This document shows positions 1 through 11,989 of a stretch of DNA of 64,000 nt, piece after piece (position 1 is the first letter of the stretch; each line of letters begins with the position of its first letter). Location: the NCBI GenBank assembly GCA_028826165.1, contig JAPDFW010000091.1:1-64000 (forward strand), given 5' to 3'. The stretch comes from Anaeramoeba ignava BMAN. Taxonomy: Eukaryota > Protista > Anaeramoebae. The notes beneath the pieces were generated by a model. It was not told the origin of the DNA and did not search any database. It was given only the letters and a program-made list of their open reading frames with translations. The translations under genes and the position numbers were made by a program.

Positions 1-27
1 GATGAACTTGAAACTTATTTTATTTAA
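1..27 (+). CDS. 3' end of an upstream BTB-TLDc paralog (DELETYFI-stop)
   Basis: GATGAACTTGAAACTTATTTTATTTAA encodes the same C-terminus as the gene ending at 1975, implying a tandem array. Confidence 0.75.
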   Translation, partial: DELETYFI

Positions 28-491
28 AATCTTTTTCATTTTTCAAAATTCAATTCAATTTTTATTTTATTTTCAATCAAATTAAATTCTTCAAATTAAT
101 AAATAAGAATTTTAATTTTAAATAATTTCGAATTAATTTAAAAATATTATTAAAAATTTAATTAACAAAACGAAAAAATAATAAACAAAAATAAAAATTA
201 ATAATAGAAATTAATAATAATTAAATTTAAATTCATTAATTAAAATATAAAAATAAATCAATTTAATTAAAATTTATTGTTCAAAATTATTAAAATTGAA
301 TTTTTTTCTTTATCAAAATATTTCAACTTTCTTTTTAATTTTATTAAATTATTGGGAATAAATTTATATTATTTTAAATAAATAAATATTAATAAATATA
401 TAAGATAGAATTAATTTGAAATTGAATTATTTTAATATTTTATTCTTGATTCATTTTTCATTTTTCATTTTTCATTTCATTTTTAAATAAA

Positions 492-1975
492 ATGGAAACT
501 TATTTAAATTTAGAAAAACTTTCAAATGATTTAAAAAATTTATTTCAAAATCAAAATCAAAATGAAAAAGAAAAAGAAAGTTATTTTGATTTTGAAATAA
601 TTTGTGAACAAAATAAAATTTCATTTAAAACCCATAAATCAATTCTTTCATCAAGAAGTGAATATTTTAAATCCCTTTTTAATTCTAAAATGAAAGAATA
701 TCAAGAGAGAATAAATTAATTCTAAAAGATGTTTCAAGTTCAATTCTATCTTCAATTTTGAATTATTTTTATTCAGGAAAAATTGAAATTAATTTAGAAA
801 ATGCAATTCAAATTTTAATTTTTTCATCAAAATATTTAATTGATGAATTAATTGAAACTTCTTCAAATTTTATCAAAAATAATTTACAATTTGAAACTAT
901 TGTTGATATTCTTAAACTATCTGAAGCAATGAACTTAACTAAATTAATAGATTATTCTTATCAATTTCTTTTAGAAAATTTTAATGAATTTATTAAAACT
1001 TCTCATTTTCTTGAACTTGAAGAAAATCATTTAAATTCAATATTATCAAATAATAATATTTTAATAAATGAATTTGAACTTTTTCAATCAATAATAAAAT
1101 GGGGAAAATATAAATCAAACATTAATCAAGAAAAAGAAAATCAAAAACTTGAAAAAAAAGAAAAAGAACAAATCCAAGATCAAATTTCAAATATTATTGA
1201 TAAAATCAGATTTATTGATTTCTCCGATAAAGAACTCGAAGATATTTTGAAAGAAGAATTAATTCCAATTCAAATTTCACAAAAACTAACTGAATTCCAA
1301 GACCTTCAACAAAATGAAAAAAGATTAAATCAATTTATTGAAAAAGAAAAAGAAAATTCATTCATTTTCAAAACAAGATTTAATTTCAAAAATTCCGAAA
1401 TTATTAAAGATGTTGAATATGTTAAGAAATTAAAAGAATGGATAAATGATGATGAATTCTTTTCCAATATGAAGAAAGGATTTTCAGCAAAAAGAGATGG
1501 ATTTTCATCTCAAAAATGGCATTCAAAAGTTGATAATAAAGGAAAAACATTAGTTATTATCAAAACAAAAGATAATTTTATTTTTGGAGGATTTAGTCAA
1601 GTTGGATGGACAATTGATAAATCAAAATGGAATGAAAAAAATAGAAAATATTATTCTGGATGGATTATTGATCCAAATGCATTTATTTTTTCATTAAGAA
1701 ATGATAAAGGAGATAGAAAACCGGAAAAATTTACAATTAAACGCTACAAAAGAGAATATGCTATTTTTTATAATTATTTCTTTAATGGTTCAACTTTTGG
1801 AGGCATAAATCCTGATCTTGCTTTAGATCATCACTTAAAATCTGGTTGGTCAAATTTGGGTGAAAGTTATAATCCTCCCAATGGAATTGAATGGAATACA
1901 AATGAAGCTAAAACTTATTTAGCTGGTTCTTTTAATAATTGGGAAGTTGATGAACTTGAAACTTATTTCATTTAA
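492..1975 (+). CDS. BTB-BACK-TLDc protein with a 2-nt frame disruption at ~705-710
   Basis: BTB motif FKTHKSILSSRSEYFKSLF, BACK-like INEFELFQSIIKW, and TLDc motifs RDGFSSQKWHSKVDNKGKTLVIIKT..FIFGGF and AFIFSL. Removing one AG from GAGAGA joins the two ORFs (MKEYQE-NKLILKDVSSSILSSILNYFYSG). Confidence 0.85.
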
Positions 1976-2085
1976 AAATTAAAAAATATCAATCAAAAAA
2001 ATTAAAAGATGATTTTAGAATGAATTTTATTATTATTTCTTTTGAATAAAATCTATGAAAAAATATAAAATTTCAAGAAAAATTT

Positions 2086-3570
2086 CTAATCATTTTTAGA
2101 TGAATGTTCTAAAGATAAAAGTTTCTGATATAGAGTATTATTTAATGTTTTCCATCTTTTATTTTCATCTTCCAAACGAAGTATTTTTTGTTTCATTTCC
2201 TCTATATCATCATTAGAAAGATTTTCTGAAACTTGGGAATCATTTTGGGCTTGTGGTTTGGATTCTTTGATTTCTGATCTTAATTTTTTTAAATGAAGAA
2301 GCTCTTGATAAGACTGTTCAATTAGATGAATTTGATTTTGGGAGTTTTGATTTTTGATGACATTATCAATTTTGCAAGAAATTTGATTTGGCAAAAACAT
2401 TGGGATCATTCCTTTTACATCTTGTTCGTATTGGTTATGTTTTTTAAACGGTTTAATAGGAGCGAAATTACCCGAATTGGCTTTTGTTTGAGATATAGTA
2501 TTAAGTTCTGCATTAATTTCTTTCTGGACAAAATTGACTAAGAAAATTTCATTGACTTGCGAATTATGTTTTTGGAAAGTATTAAGACATTGTTTTGTGA
2601 ATGTGTCCCAAATTTTGACATTTCCTTCGAGATCACCTGTGATTAAAACGGATCCATCAAGGATACAATTCATAGCGGAAACGGAAGTTTTATGACCTGA
2701 GAAAATTTGTTTTGTTGAAGAATCCAAAAAAGTAAGTGATTGTGGACCAACAGAAGAGTTTTTAATAAACGTTGAGTTTGTAATTTTTGAGTGAGTGATA
2801 TCTTTATTTCCAAGCTGAAGATCATCGCACAAACTGACCTGACAAACATCGCCTTTTCCTGAGGCTACATACAAGAACCTTTCGTTATTGTCAACGAGGA
2901 TCCTGTTTAAATAAGAAGGGAAAATAATTGATGCGAGCATATCGCCTGTATAAATATCAAAGATCTTTGAAGTTCTATCAAGAGAAGCCGAGTAAATTCT
3001 GCCGTTGGGGCTTATATAAATATCTGAGACTGGGAGTGTGTGTTGTGTCCATTTTCTTAAAGGTTTAATCAGTGATTGAATTTCCGAATTTGATTCTTGC
3101 ATGACTGAAGTGCTTAGTGAGATCATCTCTACTAAGCTCCAACAGCATATTGAGCCTTCTTCTCCTGTTGTTATAATAATATAAGCATTTGGGAATTTTG
3201 CGCTTTTTATTTGTGTTATTTTTCGGATATGAAGCTTGAATCGCGCCAAAAGTCTTCCTGTTGAAATGTGATAAATATAAATATTCCCGCTTTCTCCTCC
3301 AATTAAACAGTATTCTTTTGCTTGATCTGGAATCGTTAGGCTTGTTGCTTGTTCTGCTAAATTACTCGTGAATAATGGTTTATTATTTGCAATATTCCAA
3401 ACCGTTATTTTGTTCGTTTTCTCTGATTGAATACTGTAGATTTGTTTGTCTGTAAATCCACATTTAAAACTTCCACTTGATTTGTATTTTTTTATGTTTG
3501 TTCCTGTTTGATATTCCCATATTATAATTTCTTCTTTTGAACTGCTTAATATCATTTCATTATTTGTCAT
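2086..3570 (-). CDS. WDR18: WD40 protein WDR18/Ipi3 (rixosome subunit)
   Basis: WD repeats with family-typical GGESGNIYIYHISTGRLL, HTLPVSDI, SASLDRTSKI and GHKTSVSAM, plus a C-terminal coiled coil ending RWKTLNNTLY. Intronless. Confidence 0.8.
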   Translation of the reverse strand: MTNNEMILSSSKEEIIIWEYQTGTNIKKYKSSGSFKCGFTDKQIYSIQSEKTNKITVWNIANNKPLFTSNLAEQATSLTIPDQAKEYCLIGGESGNIYIYHISTGRLLARFKLHIRKITQIKSAKFPNAYIIITTGEEGSICCWSLVEMISLSTSVMQESNSEIQSLIKPLRKWTQHTLPVSDIYISPNGRIYSASLDRTSKIFDIYTGDMLASIIFPSYLNRILVDNNERFLYVASGKGDVCQVSLCDDLQLGNKDITHSKITNSTFIKNSSVGPQSLTFLDSSTKQIFSGHKTSVSAMNCILDGSVLITGDLEGNVKIWDTFTKQCLNTFQKHNSQVNEIFLVNFVQKEINAELNTISQTKANSGNFAPIKPFKKHNQYEQDVKGMIPMFLPNQISCKIDNVIKNQNSQNQIHLIEQSYQELLHLKKLRSEIKESKPQAQNDSQVSENLSNDDIEEMKQKILRLEDENKRWKTLNNTLYQKLLSLEHSSKND

Positions 3571-3654
3571 TTTTATTTATAAAAAGAAATGAAAAAAATG
3601 AAAAAATGAAAAATGAAAAAAATTATTTTATTTTTAAAAGAAAAAAAAAGAGAA

Positions 3655-4930
3655 ATTTTCTATTAAATTTTTAAAGAAATTTTTAAATAAATTTTTAAAT
3701 AAATTTTGAAATAGATTTTGAAATAGATTTTTAAATAAATTTTGAATTAAATTTTGAAATAAATTTTGAAATAAATTTTGAAATAAATTTTGAAATAAAT
3801 TTTGAAATAAATTTTGAAATAAATTTATAAATAAATTTTTAAATAAATTTTGAAATAAATTTTGAAATAAATTTTGAAATAAATTTTTAAATAAATTTTG
3901 AAATAAATTTTGAATTAAATTTTTAAATAAATTTTTAAATAAATTTTGAATTAAATTTTGAATTAAATTTTTAAATAAATTTTTAAATAAATTTTGAAAT
4001 AAATTTTGAAATAAATTTTTAAATAAATTTTCTATTAAATTTTTAAAGAAATTTTGAATTAAATTTTGAAATAAATTTTGAATTAAATTTTGAAATAAAT
4101 TTTGAAATAAATTTTTAAATAAATTTTTAAATAAATTTTGAAATAGATTTTGAAATAAATTTTGGAATAAATTTTGAAATAAATTTTGAAATAAATTTTG
4201 AAATAAATTTTTAATTAAATTTTGAAATAAATATTGAAATAAATTTTGAATTAAATTTTTAAATAAATTTTGAAATAAATTTTTAAATAAATTTTTAAAT
4301 AAATTTTTAAATAAATTTTGAAATAATTTTTAAATAAATTTTGAAATAAATTTTAAAATAAATTTTTAAATAAATATTAAAATAAATTTTTAAATAAATT
4401 TTTAAATAAATTTTGAAATAGATTTTTAATTAAATTTTGAATTAAATTTTTAAATAAATTTTGAAATAAATTTTGAAATAGATTTTGAATTAAATTTTGA
4501 ATTAAATTTTTAAATAAATTTTGAAATAAATTTTGAAATAAATTTTTAAATAAATTTTGAAATAAATTTTGAAATAAATTTTTAAATAAATTTTGAAATA
4601 GATTTTGAAATAAATTATGAAATAAATTTTTGAAATAAATTTTTAAATAAATTTTGAATTAAATTTTGAAATAAATTTTTAAATAAATTTTTAAATAAAT
4701 TTTTAAATAAATTTTTAAATAAATTTTGAAATAAATTTTGAAATAGATTTTTGAAATAAATTTTGAATTAAATTTTAAATAAATTTTGAAATAAATTTTT
4801 AAATAAATTTTGAAATAAATTTTGAAATAAATTTTGGAATAAATTTTGAAATAAATTTTGAAATAAATTTTTAAATAAATTTTTAAATAAATTTTGAAAT
4901 AAATTTTGAATTAAATTTTGAAATAAATTC
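3655..4930. repeat. ~12-bp minisatellite (TTTTGAAATAAA / TTTTTAAATAAA variants), about 100 copies
   Basis: Directly visible tandem array filling the Prp3-WDR18 spacer. Confidence 0.95.
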
Positions 4931-5006
4931 CTTTTAAAATTATTGATAAATTCCTTTTAAAATTTAATTTGGAAATTCATTTTAAAATTTTGCTCTAAAT
5001 TTGATT

Positions 5007-7823
5007 TTAAATAATAGACTCATTCAAAGAAAGTTTGTAATTTTTGCACAAATCAATATAATGAGGAACTTGATGTCTTTCTAAATAATGTCTAGCAATC
5101 CTTTCATTTTCAAATGAATGAAAAGCAAATCGCTTAAAACTTGGTTTCTTTGCAGAACCTTCCCAAAGCAAGACACAGAAATTTTTCTTTTCAGTTGGTC
5201 TTGCTCCATCTATTTCTGTTTCTGAATCAGTATCAGAATCAGAATCAGAATCAAAATCACTATTTTCATCATCTTTATCAGAATCACTTTGTGAATCATC
5301 TTCTGGATTCTTTTTTTTTGGAACATCCAATTTCCATTTAATTCTTTTAAGTAATAAATTTTTGTAAAATTTAATATTTTTTGGTCCTCCTTCAACAACA
5401 ATCAAGTTCATATCTCTCACAAAAATACAACAACCTGAAAGATTACGTTGTTGTGCATTCACATCAATTTTATATTTTGTTTTTGGATGACGAATATGTT
5501 TGGCATGAAAAACAGCAATGTGAATTTTGGCACTTGTATCTTCACTTAATTTCCTTTTTTTCTTTTCAAGACGCTCTTCTTTTGTGAGTTTTTTGTTGTG
5601 TAAAGCATGTTTACGTTGTCTTTCTTCAATTTCTTTTCTGACATATAAATCTACTTTTGTTGGGTCTTGTATTGCTTCCTGGCCAAGAACACGCATAAAA
5701 TTTGAGAGTTTAACTAAAATTAAAATTAAAATTAAAATTAAAATTAAAATAAAAATTAAAATTAAAATCAAAATCAAAATCAAAATTAAAATTAAAATTA
5801 ATATTAAAATTAAAATATTTTTAAATACCTTTTGGTTTTGGAGGAGGAAGAAGTCCAAGTCGTATTTTATCTTGTGTTTCTTTCTCTCTTTCTAATCTTC
5901 TCATTGTTCGTAATTTCCTCATTTCTTGTTTTGTTAATAAGGGTTTTAACTCTTTAATTGGTCGAATATCAATAGGAGAAGTAACTGAAATTGGATGTTG
6001 AACAAGATTTGTAATATGTGATTTTTGAAGTTCTGAATGAAGAGAATATTGGTATTCGGAAATAATATTAGAAAGATTTTCTGTTGATTCAGTTTGCATT
6101 TCATTTTCATTTTCATTTTCTTGATTATTGTTATTATTGTTATTATTGTTTAAATCTTTTAAAGACATCATTTTAAAAAATGATTGTAATTGTTTATAAT
6201 TAAAATTCTCAAGATCAATATTTGGAATTTTGTCGTATGTTTGAGACTTGAGTAAAGGTTCATCCCACCATTCAATTTCTGGGATTGGATTTGGTTTTAT
6301 TTTTAAAGAATTTTCAAATTCAATTTCTTGTTCTTCACCATCAATTTCAAGTTCTGTTTTTAAACGTAAAAGTTCATGTTGTCTTTCGTTTTCTCTAAAT
6401 TGCTCAGCTTCAGAAATGTATTTTCCAGGTTCGGCAAAGTTAAAATTTTTTTGTTTTTTGGAATCAATTCCTTTTGTTAGTTTTTTGTTTTTCAGATTTA
6501 ATCTTGTATCAAAAAAAGGGTTTATTTTTGGATTTGTTGCCATTTTTGGTTTTAGTTTCACATTTCGATCACTTTTCATTTTCATATTTGCTTTAATTGA
6601 AGCTAAACTAGATTTTGTTTGAGAAACTATGAGATTTCCGTTTTCATCAATTTCTCTTCCGTCTTGATCAAATAATAATGGACGAGGACCTTCGATATCA
6701 ATGCGTCTTGGTTGCTTGATTATTGCTGATGGGTTTGTCATTCCTGTAATATTACTTTGTGATACAATTGATGTTATATTTTGAGTATCAAGTTTTTTAC
6801 GTACGATTGTTGTGCTTGTTGGAATAAAAGGAACTACAGTATTTTTTTGGAGGAAGAGTTGATTCTAATTAAATAAAAATATAAATAAAAATATAAATAT
6901 AAATATAAATAAAAATATAAATATAAATATAAATATAAATATAAATATAAATATAAATATAAATATAAATATAAATATAAATATAAATATAAATATAAAT
7001 ATAAATATAAATATAAATATAAATATAAATATAAATATAAATATAAATATAAATATAAATATAAATATAAATATAAATATAAATATAAATATAAATATAA
7101 ATATAAATATAAATATAAATATAAATATAATTATAAATTTAAATATAAATATAAATATAAATATAAATATAAATATAATTATAAATATAATTATAAATAT
7201 AAATATAAATATAAATATAAATATAAATATAAATATAATTATAAATATAAATATAAATATAAATACAAATATAAATATTATTATAAATATAAATATAAAT
7301 ATAAATATAAATATAAATATAAATATAAATATAAATATAAATATAAATATAAATATAAATATAAATATAAATATAAATAGTTCACCTTTTTCATTTGATT
7401 TAGTTGCTCAATAACTTGATTTCGGATTTGAATTGATAAAATTAGTTTTTGTTGGGCTAATTTAATTTGATTAGATCTAACATTTGGTACATTATCTTGC
7501 CCAAAAATTTCTTCTTTTTCTTTTGAATAATGTCGATTTTTTTCATTTTGTGAACGATGACTTGATTTTCTTTCTTTTTCATGTGATCTTCTATGTTTAT
7601 CTCTATGTTGGTGATGATGTTCTTTTTTTCTTTCTCGACTTTTATGTCTTTCATGTTTATCTTCATGTTTGTCATGTTTGTCATGTTTTCTTTCTCGACT
7701 TTTATGTCTGTCGTCATGTTTTTCATGTCTGTCATGTTTGTCATGTTTTTCTTCATGTTTTTCATGTCTGTCATGTTTTTTTTCTTTTTCATGATGAGAA
7801 GAACTTCTTTTATGTGAACCCAT
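5007..7823 (-). CDS. PRPF3: U4/U6 snRNP protein Prp3; introns 6865-7385 and 5714-5828
   Basis: Motifs [29 protein letters not shown]|[32 protein letters not shown] and CVLLWEG. Both GT-AG introns preserve frame. Confidence 0.95.
6870..7379. repeat. (ATATAA)n microsatellite forming Prp3 intron 1
   Basis: Visible near-perfect hexamer array. Confidence 0.95.
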
Positions 7824-7926
7824 AATTGAAAAAAAAAGCAAAAAAAAAATGAAAAAAATTAATTTTATTTTTCATTTTTTCATTTTTTCATTTTTTAAAT
7901 TTTCATTTTTTTTTTATTAAATAAAT

Positions 7927-8869
7927 ATGCAAGCAGCTGGAAAATTAGCTGTAAAAGTTACAAGTGCAAATGGTTTACCAAGTATAATTCAATCACAAGA
8001 AAAAATTCATTTATAAAATTAAAATTCATTTATAAAATTAAAATTCATTTATAAAATTAAAATTTATTTATAAAATTAAAATTCATTTATAAAATTAAAA
8101 TTAAAAAGGATCTGGAGCATTTTATTGTGTACTTTCACTTGAAAATCAAGAAAAAAAAACAAACAAAACAAGAGGATCAACATCAAATCCAATTTGGAAT
8201 GAACAAATACATTTTACAGTAACGAATTCAAACTCAAAACTTTCAGTATTAGTAAAATTAGGAAATGACACAGTAGGAGAAACAACAATAGATATAAGTG
8301 AATTACCGAGTGGAAATTCAGTTGATAAAGAATATCCACTCAAAACAAAAGGAAAATCAAAAAGTACAATTTTCTTACATTTACTTTATTCTTCTCATCA
8401 AGTCAAGGATGTTCAATCTGCAAATATCGCAAGAAAAACTTTCGAAGCTGTATCTACAACTAGTGATGATGCCTCCCTTAAAGGCTATCGTCTCCAAGCT
8501 TTGCGCCAATTGAGAAATGCTCGTCCTTCTAGAAAAGAAAATCGTGAAAGAGCTATTTTGGAAGAATTGACTTTTTTATCAGAAGAAGAAAAAATTTATT
8601 CTCAAAAACAACAATTAGAATCTGTTCAAGCTATTACTCAACTTAAGGAAACTTTGATTAGTCATTTGGAGGAAATTATTGGTGAAAAAGTCAAAATTCA
8701 AGACGATTCTAAAGATGAAAATGATAATGATAATGAAAATGAAAATGAAAATGAAAATGATAATGAAAATGAAAATGAAAATGATAATGAAAATAATATT
8801 GAAATGGAAAATGATATTGAAATGGAAAATGAAAATGTTAATGAAAATTTAAATAATAATAATAATTAA
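7927..8869 (+). CDS. C2-domain protein with coiled-coil and acidic N/E/D tail; intron 7982-8108
   Basis: Spliced frame MQAAGKLAVKVTSANGLP|RSGAFYCVLSLENQEKKTNKTRGSTSNPIWNEQIHF (C2 signature NPxWNE) runs into ORF 8501-8869. Confidence 0.85.
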
Positions 8870-9094
8870 TTAATTAATCAAAATTAACATCAAAAAAAAA
8901 GAAAAAATTTAATTTAAATCAATTTTTCTTTTTCTTTTTCTTTTTCTAAAAAAAAAAATCAATTTAAATTTTTTTTAAATGAAAAAGAGAAATTGTTATT
9001 TGGATTTTTTAGTTTGTTTTTTGTTATTTTTTATGTTGAATTTTTATAATCATTTATTTTATAAAAAAAGAAAATTATTTTGATTTTTTTTTTT

Positions 9095-9190
9095 GTGGGT
9101 TCTTTGTGTCGTCAAAGAACCCCTCCATTGTTTTATTAATGGAGAAAAAAAACGGACTTTTTTTCCTGGACAATTCCAGTGAGGTCCACC
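9095..9190 (-). promoter_or_regulatory. Structured RNA element in the ODC 3' region (three hairpins, AAUAAA in a loop)
   Basis: Perfect stems 9097-9106/9113-9122 (10 bp), 9123-9129/9138-9144 (7 bp) and 9166-9170/9175-9179, the last nested in 9154-9157/9184-9187. GC-rich island within A/T tracts. Confidence 0.6.
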
Positions 9191-10542
9191 AAATCCATAA
9201 AGAAGAAAAAAGGAAATATAAAGAAAAAGTATAAGAAGAAAAAATAGAAAAAAGCAAAAATTGAATTGAATTGAATTATAAAAAGTAAAAACTTGAGAAA
9301 AAGAAGAGAAAAAAAGAGATCTTGTTTCAGAAATGTCAAATATAATGAGAGGATTGCAAGTAAGTAACATCTGTGATTTGGAAGCCGTTGAAATTGGTAG
9401 CAGCAGCTGTTGTATAAGCACCCATATCATAGAAAATTATCCAATCACCAATATCAAGCTCTGGGAGAAGTAGACTTTTCTTGATGCAATCAATGGAATC
9501 ACAAGTGGGTCCAAACAAAGAAGATTCATATAACTCTTCATCCTCGTTCACTGAACGGAACACCGACACTGCTGGTTCTGCATGATCAAAAATAACACAA
9601 TTAAGAGTGCCGTAGAGTCCGTCGCTCAGGAAATACTGGAAAGTATCTGTTTCGCCGTGGTTCTTTTTGCGCTTTGCATATACATCTAAAACAATTGTTT
9701 GGCAACTGGTCGCAAAATATCTTCCTGGCTCAGCAACCACCTCGACATCCGAATCAAACAACTCGCTGATATCTTGATTTACTGTCTCGGCAATTTCCAT
9801 GAACGTGACACCATCTTGTTTGTGGAAAGTTCCTGTTCCAGGAAATCCGCCACCAATGTCGAGGAAATTCATATGAATGCCCATGTCCTTGGCAAGTCGA
9901 AATATATCGCTAACAGACGTAAGTGTTTCTGTGTATGTTGCAACGTCTTTGCATCCGCTTCCTACATGAAAGGATACTCCAATAATGTTAACCCCAATTT
10001 CTACTGCTCGTGTCAAAATACCGTGAATTTCTTTCAAATCAGCACCGAATTTAGATGACAATCTGCATACTGAGTTCTCATCGTTTGTTTTGATTCTAAG
10101 CACAAGTTCAGCTTCAGGATAATGTTTGGAAATCTTCACCATTTCTTCAACAGAATCAAATGTCATCTTGCTAACTTTGTGTGCTTTTGCGTATTTCAAG
10201 TGAGGAATCATTTTGCATGGATTAGCGAATATTATACGATCACTTGACACACCTAATCCAAGTACAACTGCGATTTCTTGTTTGCTTGCACAGTCAAAAT
10301 TCACATCGAGTTTTGCTAGAACTTTTAAAATTTCAATGTTAGGATTGCATTTTACTGCATAGAAGGGTTTAATTGTTGGCATCCATCTCATCCAGTCTTC
10401 GTATCTTCGTACAACTTCATCGAGATCAATGATAACAAATGGTTGATCTTGTTCTGCTTCAATTTTGGTTTTAATAGCATGATTAACTGCCGAGTGTGTA
10501 TCATAATTGTTGAATTGTTTGGTTCGAATGATTTTTTGCTCG

Positions 10543-11152
<610 letters not shown>

Positions 11153-11897
11153 TTGATTTCTTTTATAAAAAATGCCAAATTATTTTCCAATAAAATTAAT
11201 AAATTCGTTAAAAATTAACCCTTTTCAATAACAATCATTAATTAAATATTATTTTATCAATAAATATTCATAAAATTTGTTTTATTTTATCTTTTTATAT
11301 CTTTTTATAAGTTTATTTTTATTATTTTTTTATTATTTTATTATTTACTTGAGAGTGAAGAGAATAAAGAGTGTAATTTTTGAAACAAGGAAAAAAAAAG
11401 TGATTTTTAATTTTTTTAATTGATCATTTCTTTTAAACAAAAAATTCACAAACAACAAATTATTTTTTAATTTATTTTATTAATTTTAAAACAAAAAAAA
11501 AATTTTTTTTTTTTAATTGGATTTAATTTAATTTGTCGTAAGGTCTGGTTTTTTTTTTTATTTTTTTATTTTTATTTTCACTAATTAAATAAATCAAATA
11601 AATTATTAAAAGCCAAAATTTTTTCACTTATTCTAATCTTTTTCTCTTTCATTTAATGTCTAATGTTTTTATAAACTTGTCTTTTTTTTCTTTCTATTTT
11701 GATCTTAAAATTTTTCTTTTTTTTTTTTTTTTTTTTTTCCTTTTAATTTTTCTTAGATCGATCCATATTTGATTAAACAATTTTAATAATATAAAAATAT
11801 TTAAAAATACAAATTAAACTTTAAATTCAAATTTTCGTCATTTGATCTTTCTTTTTTTTTCATTTTATTTTCTTTTTTCCATTTTCTTTTATTTCTT

Positions 11898-11907
11898 AAC
11901 ACGTGTT
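11898..11907. promoter_or_regulatory. Palindromic E-box AACACGTGTT upstream of ODC
   Basis: CACGTG in a spacer that is almost entirely A/T. Confidence 0.4.
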
Positions 11908-11989
11908 TAACATTATTTTCAATCTCCCCTTTTAAAAACAAATTTAAAAAAAAATTTTTTTTTTCTTTTTCAAGATCTCTATTGAAATT

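Noticed and set aside
9173-9187. CAGUGA iron-responsive-element-like loop
   Set aside because: It is antisense to ODC and the flanks do not form the 5-bp IRE upper stem.
9059-9430. ORFs over the ODC 3' region and UGA-C readthrough
   Set aside because: The ORFs are low-complexity and Phe-rich; readthrough would add only about three residues.
11416-11427. Tiny uORF Met-Ile-Asn-stop upstream of ODC
   Set aside because: Expected by chance in AT-rich DNA, and it may lie upstream of the TSS.
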